A stretch of DNA of 63,628 nucleotides, filler included. It is 6 parts of 6 records of this genome, joined end to end, with 100 filler letters (N's around TTAATTAATTAA, not from the genome) between each part and the next. Parts side by side here need not be neighbours in the genome. Positions count along the whole stretch, not along the records: positions 1 to 18,351 come from SRR31156797_12307; positions 18,452 to 23,995 come from SRR31156797_12350; 4 more parts are not named here. The stretch is one strand, 5' to 3'. Below the pieces are notes generated by a model. It saw only the letters and a list, made by a program, of their open reading frames with translations, had not been told where the DNA came from and made no database searches. A program made the translations under genes and the position numbers. How positions within the stretch are numbered: position 1 is the stretch's first letter; each line of letters opens with the position of its first letter. This document shows, one piece after another, positions 10,375 through 18,536 of this stretch.

Positions 10375-10932
10375 TCAGCCCAGCCCATTTCCCTGCTTTT
10401 GAGCACCAGTCTTCTCAACCTTAACTTCCTCGGCTTCGGTTATATCGCCGGTGGAAAGAATCGGTGCTGTGGGGACTCTTTTTTCAACCATCAAAGATTC
10501 CAATAACTGAAGAGAGGACAAAATCATGGTTTGTTTCCATGGCTCCTGCTCATCAAATTTATGCAGGAAAGTTTCTTGCAAAGGTGACGGAGCCGCTTCA
10601 AGCAATTTACGCCCTTCATCTGTCTCTTTTAACAGCACCCTTCTTCGATCCAGGTTATCCCGTTCACGGCAAACAAGATTTTTTCGCTCCAGGCGATTCA
10701 GTATATCAGTGACAGTGGTCTGCTTAAGACTAATCTCCTCGGCCAATTTACTTACCGAGATGCTCCCCTCCGCATTTATCTGTTTCAACACCAATAATTG
10801 TGGCGTTGTAATCCCATGTTGCCGGACCAACTGCCGAGAATGAAGATCAATGGCTTGAATAATACGTCGAAGGCTTATCAATACGCTATCTGAGACCGGC
10901 ATCTCTTTTTTTATTAGTGATCGTTCTATCAA
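10375..10932 (-). CDS. MarR-family regulator, EctR-like
   Basis: LRRIIQAIDLHSRQL, PSPLQE and ILSSLQ...APIL segments typical of the EctR/CosR subfamily; DRR wing. Confidence 0.85.
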   Translation of the reverse strand: MIERSLIKKEMPVSDSVLISLRRIIQAIDLHSRQLVRQHGITTPQLLVLKQINAEGSISVSKLAEEISLKQTTVTDILNRLERKNLVCRERDNLDRRRVLLKETDEGRKLLEAAPSPLQETFLHKFDEQEPWKQTMILSSLQLLESLMVEKRVPTAPILSTGDITEAEEVKVEKTGAQKQGNGLG

Positions 10933-11084
10933 TGCAGCCTCTTAATTTATCGGAAACGATACAAAACACAAATATCAATTTTATCTACAGCCCGAGACAT
11001 TTCGCCGCAACCAACGCTTAACGTGCTGATATCAAGCAAATAACAGCACGCACCTATATATAAAGCGGGTAGCAAAACCCTTCT

Positions 11085-11113
11085 AGTATACATAGGGAAC
11101 GATGTATTGTCAA
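11085..11113 (-). promoter_or_regulatory. sigma70 promoter with an embedded 8-2-8 pseudopalindromic operator (11089-11106)
   Basis: Minus strand TTGACA-17 nt-TATACT, overlapped by TACATCGT-TC-CCTATGTA. Confidence 0.8.
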
Positions 11114-11254
11114 ATTAAGGGCCTTCTTTGAAATACACAGAACAGTCTTTATACTGTGCACTCTGCTCGGATAGGTCCTCTGACGAAAGCCCTGCAACAG
11201 CAATAATAAATGAGCAGTGTCTGTAAAAATTGGTTTTGTAATGCAGTCTGTATT

Positions 11255-11420
11255 ATAACTTACAGCAACAGCCCACGGAATATGCGTTTGCCTCTGCCCA
11301 CGATCAGGCAGGAAATATAGCATTACTATATTACCCAGCCTGCTTGTACGCACCAGAAGCACTGCTGAACAGTTACAGATCGAGGTTAAGGCGAGGATAT
11401 TTGAAGTTCGATGTAGGTAC
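11255..11420 (+). repeat. ~165-bp repeat, copy 3 (ends degenerate)
   Basis: CCCACGGA...CGATCAGGCAGGAAA...GCACTGCTGAACAGTTACAGATCGAGG...GGCGAGGATATTTG shared with copy 1. Confidence 0.85.
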
Positions 11421-11436
11421 TCTGGATAAACATAGA

Positions 11437-12843
11437 TTACCGGAGAGTGGGCTGCTCCCCCATCACCAAGTGCTGCCGGAAAAATGAGCGATACTCATCT
11501 TCCCGGTGGCTCACATAGAGGATGGTACAGAGCTGCTCTACAGCTACCTCCTCCAGTATATCAAGAAGGCCGGTTCTGTTGGCTTGATCAAGCCCCTGGG
11601 TGGGTTCATCAAGGAGGAGCAGCAGCGGCACCTTTATCAATGCTCGGGCAATAAGTAGCAGCCGCTGCTGTGCATAAGTCAACCGTTTAAATGGCTGCCG
11701 TGCTCTACCACCCATCCCAAGCCGATGGAGCCATTTTACAGCAAGCTGCTGCTGTGCCACGCTAGGCTGTTGATACAGGCCAATGGAATCAAACAAACCC
11801 GAGAGTACCACATGTTGGCTTGACCCAGGGATGTAATAGTTGCGGTGAAGATCAGAGCTAACCACCCCGATATTACGCTTGATATCCCAAATAGACTCTC
11901 CGCTTCCCCGCTGGATGCCGAACATTTTTAGATCATTGCTATAGCAAAGCGGATGATCTCCGGTGATGAGCTGTACCAGAGTCGATTTTCCACTACCGTT
12001 TGGTCCGGTGACCAGAGTATGCTCCCCTTTGCTAATAGTGAGATCAAGCCCGCTGAAAACGCTGTGTTCACCATACCCTGCAAATCCATTAAACAGTTGC
12101 ACCAACGGGGCATCCTCATGACAGATGCCTTGGTGAAGGCGTTCACCTTCCATTTCAACAGTAGAGACAGCTATGGTTGGTAACGAAGCGGTGACAAGCT
12201 GCTCTACCTGCTGCAGCACTTCTTCTTTTGGCCCCTGACTAGAAAGGGTTCCATCGGTAAAGGCGGCAACATGGGTACACCACAACGGAATGTCACCGAT
12301 ATTGCTCAAGGTCATAATCAAAAGCACGCCCTTTTCGCGTAATGCAAGAAACATCTTATTCAAGTCGCGACAGCTCTGTGGATCAACCCCTTCATAGGGG
12401 TTCTGCGCCACCAGACAGGATACCCCGCGGGTAATTTCCCGCAACAGGCATAATTTACGAGACTGCCCGGAACTTAACTGGCGGTATCCTTTATGAAGCG
12501 AACCTGTCATATTACAGGCTTCAATCAGGTCCCGATGCTGCTCGATATCCGATAAAAAAGCGGCCGCAGGAGTCCCAGGATCAAGCCGGTCCATGAAATC
12601 AGTCTCATCCTTCCGTAGCTCCTCTTCAAACAGGGCCTGCTGCCTATTGAAAGTAAAAATGCCTGAAGTTTCGGGGATAAGAATTTCTTCCAAATTGCTA
12701 TCAGCTTGGCGATCTCCAACAACATCACAAAACCTATCCACTCCTGAATCATTGGTGCCCAGCAGACACCACCACTGCCCAGCAGACGCTGAAAAATAAG
12801 GGATGGATATTCCGTGGCCGTAAAAATTGCTTATTCTGATCAT
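11437..12843 (-). CDS. ModF-like ABC ATPase (first NBD degenerate); start uncertain
   Basis: GPNGSGKST, ITGDHP, RGSGESIWDIK and LDEPTQGLD; NBD1 Walker A reads GTNDSGVD. Confidence 0.82.
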   Translation of the reverse strand: MIRISNFYGHGISIPYFSASAGQWWCLLGTNDSGVDRFCDVVGDRQADSNLEEILIPETSGIFTFNRQQALFEEELRKDETDFMDRLDPGTPAAAFLSDIEQHRDLIEACNMTGSLHKGYRQLSSGQSRKLCLLREITRGVSCLVAQNPYEGVDPQSCRDLNKMFLALREKGVLLIMTLSNIGDIPLWCTHVAAFTDGTLSSQGPKEEVLQQVEQLVTASLPTIAVSTVEMEGERLHQGICHEDAPLVQLFNGFAGYGEHSVFSGLDLTISKGEHTLVTGPNGSGKSTLVQLITGDHPLCYSNDLKMFGIQRGSGESIWDIKRNIGVVSSDLHRNYYIPGSSQHVVLSGLFDSIGLYQQPSVAQQQLAVKWLHRLGMGGRARQPFKRLTYAQQRLLLIARALIKVPLLLLLDEPTQGLDQANRTGLLDILEEVAVEQLCTILYVSHREDEYRSFFRQHLVMGEQPTLR

Positions 12844-12937
12844 GAGTTGTTGATTTTCATTTGAGTAAACAGTCTTTTTTTGCATCATTATTCGGCAAAG
12901 GCTATAGTTAGGGTAGTACTCGATATCCATATACACC

Positions 12938-13435
12938 ATGGCTCATTCATTGATACGACAATTTTTTCTGCCGCGACTGACCAGAGCAATACTTTTGCGA
13001 CTTTTGGGAGTGGCCCTCCTAAGTTTTATACTCTTTCGCTATATCCTGATTCCGGTTCGCGTCCAGGGTATGAGCATGGAGCCGACCATCAGAGACGGTA
13101 GTTTTCATTTTTGCTGGAGACTCAGTTACCTGTACCAGCCCCCCAAACGCTTTGATATAGTCACCTTCCGTTTTGCAGGCAACAGGGTAGTGCTGCTCAA
13201 ACGAGTGATAGGTCTGCCCGGCGAAACTATCGCCTTTCAACAGGGAACTTTGTATATTAACGGAAAACAGATGGAGGAGCCCCAATACATGTTTCCCTCC
13301 AGCTGGAATCTTGCGCCTCGAAAAGTATCGGCAAACACCTTTTATATAATCGGTGATAATCGAAGCGTTGCTATGAACCAACATCGTTTTGGACAAATTG
13401 CCGCCAAACGTATAATCGGCAAGGTAATCTGGTGA
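12938..13435 (+). CDS. lepB: signal peptidase I
   Basis: GMSMEPT (catalytic Ser), LKRVIGLPGE (catalytic Lys) and GDNR boxes. Confidence 0.92.
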   Translation: MAHSLIRQFFLPRLTRAILLRLLGVALLSFILFRYILIPVRVQGMSMEPTIRDGSFHFCWRLSYLYQPPKRFDIVTFRFAGNRVVLLKRVIGLPGETIAFQQGTLYINGKQMEEPQYMFPSSWNLAPRKVSANTFYIIGDNRSVAMNQHRFGQIAAKRIIGKVIW

Positions 13436-13923
13436 AAAAATCTCAAATTTCCATTGTACTCTTCCTCGCAGCTGCAGCCTTGTCAACCTGGTTATATCTG
13501 ACCCGTGACACCCGACAGATATACAACAAGCTCGACACGCTGACGGAGCTAAGTGAAAAAGCTGGCCCTGAACAGGGAATTGAAGCGCTCAGCAAGGCTG
13601 CCGGGATCGGCAAGCTCTTTAGCGAAAAGTGCAGACTGCAGCTGGAAGAATTTGGACACAGGGGGACATATTTCCGCAAGGATATAACAGACAGTGTGTT
13701 TATGGTCCGCAATCGCAGCCACCAAATAACCCTCAAGATGTACGACATCACCATTACGGTCGAAAGCCCAGCCCGTGCGAATATTGCCTTAACCTTGCAT
13801 CTCTCAGGAGTAGTAGGGAAAGAGACGGCTGATGATGTGAGCGAAATTGTCCTGACCATGAACAAAGAGGAAGGGGACTGGCTCATAGACTCGGTCACTG
13901 TGGTCCAGGTAATGGAGCGTTAG
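13432..13923 (+). CDS. membrane-anchored NTF2/SnoaL-like hypothetical protein
   Basis: N-terminal TM helix; C-terminal KEEGDWLI strand; GTGA overlap with the lepB stop. Confidence 0.6.
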   Translation: MKKSQISIVLFLAAAALSTWLYLTRDTRQIYNKLDTLTELSEKAGPEQGIEALSKAAGIGKLFSEKCRLQLEEFGHRGTYFRKDITDSVFMVRNRSHQITLKMYDITITVESPARANIALTLHLSGVVGKETADDVSEIVLTMNKEEGDWLIDSVTVVQVMER

Positions 13924-13955
13924 CCCCGAATCGCCTCTCGCCCCCCTCTCCTTCT

Positions 13956-14804
13956 TCAAACAAAAACTGCTGTCTCTTTTTCCTCATCACTGGCAGCTGC
14001 CATGGCCTCTATAAAGCTGGCAGTTGTGACATGGTCATAGGGAAAAGCCTGCTCCGGACAATGCTGGACACATTGCATACACAACACGCATGAATCACCT
14101 ATAATCGGCGTTTTATCCATGCTAATTGCCTGGACAGGACAAGACTTCTCGCAGGTACCGCAGGAGGTACATTTATCAGGATTAGCAGCTAATGGCGGAC
14201 GGGATGCCTTAGCAAGTGCAAGGTTTTTATTGGCAGCATCTGTTCGTAGTGCTGGTGACAGATAATCAAGCACATCAAGGGTGAGGGACTCTTTTACTGG
14301 GTGGACAAGCTTGTTCGCCACCTGCTCTACAAGCAAGTTGACCTTATCCAGATCTCCCTTTTCCGGGTACCCCTGTGCAAGCGGCTGGTCCGCTCCCCAC
14401 ATGGAGGAATGCTGGGCAAGTACTTTTGCTGCCCCCAGGAGATGGTAGCCCTGCTGCTGCAAAAACCTTCCCATCTCGGCGAGGGCCAAACCACTGGTGA
14501 CTCCACCCCAGGTAACAAAGGGAACAGCGTACCGCTCTTCGGCTGCAGGAAGCAGGCTAAGACAGGCCTCGACTAGGGGGACAGCATGGTCACAGTAGAC
14601 AGGTGAACCTACCCATAGGCAGCATGGACCGGATTGGGAACAGAAATCAATGACACTGGTGCTCACTTCTTGCACTCCCAGGGAGAGATCAAACACCGTC
14701 ACTGACTGTTCAAGACCTTTTAGCCGTTCTTCGATGGAAATCGCCACCTGCCGGGTAGATCCAGCAGGGGAAAAATATACAACTCCGTGTGCGCAAGAAC
14801 TCAC
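13956..14804 (-). CDS. flavodoxin-like plus 2x[4Fe-4S] ferredoxin (EFR1 family)
   Basis: YFSPAGST, GSPVY, CTSCGTCEKSCP and CVLCMQCVQHCP; GTG start inferred. Confidence 0.85.
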   Translation of the reverse strand: MSSCAHGVVYFSPAGSTRQVAISIEERLKGLEQSVTVFDLSLGVQEVSTSVIDFCSQSGPCCLWVGSPVYCDHAVPLVEACLSLLPAAEERYAVPFVTWGGVTSGLALAEMGRFLQQQGYHLLGAAKVLAQHSSMWGADQPLAQGYPEKGDLDKVNLLVEQVANKLVHPVKESLTLDVLDYLSPALRTDAANKNLALAKASRPPLAANPDKCTSCGTCEKSCPVQAISMDKTPIIGDSCVLCMQCVQHCPEQAFPYDHVTTASFIEAMAAASDEEKETAVFV

Positions 14805-14853
14805 TGTATTTTTTTTATCATGGCCATGCCTTCCTATTCTAAAAAGTTGTCTA

Positions 14854-15648
14854 TCACGTGAGCAGCATCGAGTCCAAAGATAACTCCTCTCCCTGTACAG
14901 TATAAAATCTCTGCAACAGGTCATTCACCGTTAGCCTTCTTTTTTCAGCGCCATCCACATCAAGGATAATCTGCCCCTGGTGGAGCATTATCAAACGATT
15001 GCCAAAAGCAATGGCATGCTTCATATTATGGGTGATCATCATCGTAGTCAGCTTTTGCTGCCCCACAATATCGCTGGTCAAGCCGAGAATCTGGTTGGCG
15101 GTTTTCGGGTCAAGTGCTGCAATATGTTCATCCAGCAAGAGCACTTCGGGTTTTATCATGGTTGCCATGAGCATGGTCAATGCCTGCCGCTGTCCTCCGG
15201 ACAGCAACCCCACCATATCAAGCTGGCGCTCTTCAAGACCAAGGTGCAGGTGGGCAAGTTTTTCACGAAAGAGCTCCCGCTCTCTATTCTTCACCCCCTT
15301 GCCAAGCCCTCTTCTTTTCCCGCGTTTGATGGCAAGGGCAAGGTTCTGCTCAATAGTTGCTGAAGGACAGGTTCCAAGCAACGGATCCTGGAAAACCCGG
15401 GCTATAAATCTAGCCCGTTTGTACTCTGGCCACTTGGTGACATCATGACTATTTATAGTGATGGTACCGCTATCCGGAAAAAAGGAGCCGGCAATGCAGT
15501 TCAACAGGGTGGATTTCCCTGCTCCATTGGAACCGATAACCGTGATAAAGTCTCCCTCCCTGATCTCAAGACAGATATCATTTAAGGCGTACACCTCATT
15601 AACACTGCCTTTATGGAAATATTTATGACAATGGTCCAGGGTGATCAT
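14854..15648 (-). CDS. ABC ATPase, putative Trp/Tyr transport system
   Basis: GSNGAGKST, RVFQDP, LSGGQRQ and LDEHIAALDP. Confidence 0.9.
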   Translation of the reverse strand: MITLDHCHKYFHKGSVNEVYALNDICLEIREGDFITVIGSNGAGKSTLLNCIAGSFFPDSGTITINSHDVTKWPEYKRARFIARVFQDPLLGTCPSATIEQNLALAIKRGKRRGLGKGVKNRERELFREKLAHLHLGLEERQLDMVGLLSGGQRQALTMLMATMIKPEVLLLDEHIAALDPKTANQILGLTSDIVGQQKLTTMMITHNMKHAIAFGNRLIMLHQGQIILDVDGAEKRRLTVNDLLQRFYTVQGEELSLDSMLLT

Positions 15649-16532
15649 CGTTGCATCAACCTCTTTTTGATATTGGGCATGATCAGGGCGCTGACAACAA
15701 GTAAGGCGGTAATCAAGTTAAGATCACTGGGGTTGAAGGAGAAGTTGCCAAATTCAACACCAAGAGCAACGGCAATGGCCAATCGGTACAGTATCGATCC
15801 AAGAAGAGCGGCGAAAAAAGCACGGGCTATGCTGGCCGTACCAAAAACAGTCTCACCGATAATAACCGAGGCAAGCCCAGCAATAATGGTACCAATCCCC
15901 ATCCCCACATCGGCTGCCCCTTGATTCTGGGCCACCAGAGCGCCACTCAAGGCGACCAGAGCATTTGACAAGCCCACTCCGAGAATAATAATGGTATGGG
16001 TGTTGACGCCAAGGCTGGTGATCATCTGTGGATTATCACCGGTGGCGAGGATAGCCTGGCCAAGTTCGGTGCTCAAAAACCAGATAATTACAACCGCCAC
16101 CAGTATCGCAAACAGACCAAAGATAACAAGACCAGCCAGGTAAGGTGGAACCCCGAGAACACTTACCGCATCAAAGACGGTGGGGGTACCCAGCAACGCA
16201 ATGTTGGGGCCGCCCATTATCCGAATATTAATCGAGTAAAGAGCAATCATGGTCAAAATGGAAGCAAGAAGGTGGAGAATTTTAAACTTGGTGTTAAGAA
16301 CCGCTGTAGCGACCCCTGCTAAAAATCCCCCGCCCATAGCAAGTAACAGCGAAAGATACGGGTTTATACCGCTGGTGATTGCCACCGCTGATATGGCCGC
16401 TCCCAATGGTAGGCTTCCATCCACAGTCAGGTCTGGAAAATCAAGGATGCGAAAGGTCAAATATACCCCGATGACCATGATGCCGTACACCAGCCCCTGC
16501 TCCACTGCCCCTAAAGCTGCATAGAGTGTCAT
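15645..16532 (-). CDS. ABC permease, putative Trp/Tyr transport system
   Basis: FRILDFPDLTVDGS and GLASVIIGE motifs. Confidence 0.9.
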   Translation of the reverse strand: MTLYAALGAVEQGLVYGIMVIGVYLTFRILDFPDLTVDGSLPLGAAISAVAITSGINPYLSLLLAMGGGFLAGVATAVLNTKFKILHLLASILTMIALYSINIRIMGGPNIALLGTPTVFDAVSVLGVPPYLAGLVIFGLFAILVAVVIIWFLSTELGQAILATGDNPQMITSLGVNTHTIIILGVGLSNALVALSGALVAQNQGAADVGMGIGTIIAGLASVIIGETVFGTASIARAFFAALLGSILYRLAIAVALGVEFGNFSFNPSDLNLITALLVVSALIMPNIKKRLMQR

Positions 16533-16543
16533 CTGCCCTTCCG

Positions 16544-17506
16544 TTACTTGTATATTTTTGCCGCTTGCTCAAGCAATTCAGCTGGCGGAGGGGTTCCCAT
16601 CTTTTCTGCAAATCCGATATTGATATGCAATTGCAGCTCCTTTTGAAACTCCACAGGAATGGTAGCCGGGTCTGTACCTTTGAGAATGCGTAGGGCCATG
16701 GCACCGGTCTGGTAGCCATGCTTGTAGTAATCAAATCCCATGGCAGCAACCGCCCCACGGGCAACGGAATCCACGTCTGCTGCAAAGACAGGTACTTGCT
16801 GCTGAATACCGATTTTCAAAACCGATTCGAGGGCAGATATAATAGTGTTATCAGTGGGGATGAAAATAGCGTCCACCCTCCCCATAAGACTTTTTGCCGC
16901 CTGGTACACGTCAGCGGTTTTTGCGGCAGTCGCCTTCACCAGTTTAAAGCCCATGGGCTGACTGAGTTTTTCAATAGCGGCCACCGTAGACTTGGAGTTG
17001 GCTTCTCCAGCGTTATAAAGAATCCCCAACCGCTTTATTCCTGGTTTAAAGGTAAGCACCATCTGGATGTGCTCTTTCACCGGCAATAAATCGGAGACAC
17101 CGGTAATGTTCCCCTTGGGGTGCTGCAGATCCTTCACCAGCCCTGCGGCTATAGGATCGGTAACAGCAGTAAAAAGAAAAGGTCGCTGCAGAGATGTAGG
17201 CGCTTTGCTCAAGGCCTGGGCACAGGCCTGGGCAGACGGGGTGGCAATGGCCAGTAGCAAGTCGGCTTTCTCACCCAGCATCTGTTGGGCAACCTGAGTG
17301 GCGGTGGCCATGTTTGCCTGAGCATTGTGCACCTTAAAATCCACGGCAACCTGCTGCTCTTTAAAGTAATCACTTAGCCCTGTAAAAACAGCATCAAGGG
17401 CTGGATGCTCAACAAACTGGTTAACTGAAACAGTATAGGTTTGTGCCAGGACAGAGCAACTCATAAGGCCCAGCAACAGACCGATAATCAAGGTAATCTT
17501 TTTCAT
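16544..17506 (-). CDS. ABC substrate-binding protein (TrpX-like)
   Basis: QFVEHPALD, IATPSAQ, FTAVTDP and PTDN; AGGAG RBS before the ATG at 17506. Confidence 0.9.
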   Translation of the reverse strand: MKKITLIIGLLLGLMSCSVLAQTYTVSVNQFVEHPALDAVFTGLSDYFKEQQVAVDFKVHNAQANMATATQVAQQMLGEKADLLLAIATPSAQACAQALSKAPTSLQRPFLFTAVTDPIAAGLVKDLQHPKGNITGVSDLLPVKEHIQMVLTFKPGIKRLGILYNAGEANSKSTVAAIEKLSQPMGFKLVKATAAKTADVYQAAKSLMGRVDAIFIPTDNTIISALESVLKIGIQQQVPVFAADVDSVARGAVAAMGFDYYKHGYQTGAMALRILKGTDPATIPVEFQKELQLHINIGFAEKMGTPPPAELLEQAAKIYK

Positions 17507-17788
17507 AATGTCTCCTGTTGGATCAGCAACAGCTAAAAATAACGATTCGTCGATTGCAAAAGCACAAAGCAACCGGTAGACACTCACTTCCCCTATAATA
17601 AAATATTCCAAGAAGGTAATGGCTTTTTTACTGCCAGGATAAGCACAGTGAGCCCTCAACAGCTGTTACTTTTGGTAACCCCTGGTTATTCTTTTTTGTT
17701 TTGTGCATTTTTTTTGGCACAATGGTAGATTGCCGCCTGCTAAATTATCGGTGAAAATATACCTATTTTGTCTCTCTCAAAGGACCTT

Positions 17789-18351
17789 ATGCATTACTTA
17801 GTTTGTGTGGATGATACAGATATGCCCGGTACCCGTGGAACCGGCTGGCTTGTCCAGGAAATGTGTGAACACATTGAAAACAACAACATGGGCACCTGTT
17901 ACCCCATCAGTCGGCACCAGCTTTTTGTGCATGAGGATGTGCCTTTTACCTCCCATAACTCATCCATGTGCTTTGAGCTTTTGCTGGAAAACACCAAAGT
18001 CACCCAGGTGATTGACTTTGCAGCTAATTACCTGAAGATAAATTCAATACCTGGGTCTGACCCCGGACTTTGCGTCGCTAAAAAAGATGACAAACTTAGT
18101 TCGAAACAGCTGATTGCCTTTGGCAAAAGTGCCAAGCAACAGGTGCTCAGCAAACAACAGGCATATACTCTTGCCAAGGACTCTGCAATACACCTTTCAG
18201 AGCACGGTGGGACTGGTGATGGCGTTATCGGAGCCCTGGCCGGTGTCGGTTTGCGAGTCTCCGGAGAAGATGGACGGTATCGCGGATGGTATCACCTGGG
18301 ACTCCCGGGAACGACCATAACGGCAGGTGAACTCTGTCAATACCCTTTTGT
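17789..18351 (+). CDS. bacterial homologue of the TiaS N-terminal domain; truncated by contig end
   Basis: DDTD, RHQL...PFTSHNSS, SDPGLCV and GVIGALAG motifs. Confidence 0.7.
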
Positions 18352-18451
18352 NNNNNNNNNNNNNNNNNNNNNNNNNNNNNNNNNNNNNNNNNNNNTTAAT
18401 TAATTAANNNNNNNNNNNNNNNNNNNNNNNNNNNNNNNNNNNNNNNNNNNN
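18352..18451. other. artificial contig linker
   Basis: N44-TTAATTAATTAA-N44 (stops in all six frames). Confidence 0.98.
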
Positions 18452-18476
18452 ATCCGGATAATGCCGGCGTAGGGAA
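18452..18476 (+). promoter_or_regulatory. TPP riboswitch, 3' half (5' part lost at the contig start)
   Basis: ATCCGGATAATGCCGGCGTAGGGAA matches the P5/P4/P1 end of the THI-box consensus. Confidence 0.85.
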
Positions 18477-18536
18477 AGCAAAAAAAGGGATTCGTCCCAC
18501 TCCATTGGTTAGTTTATAACCAAATTAAGTTAAAAA

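Noticed and set aside
11170-11200. CTGACGA as a hammerhead ribozyme core
   Set aside because: No stem II followed by GAAA and no pairing for stems I and III could be found.
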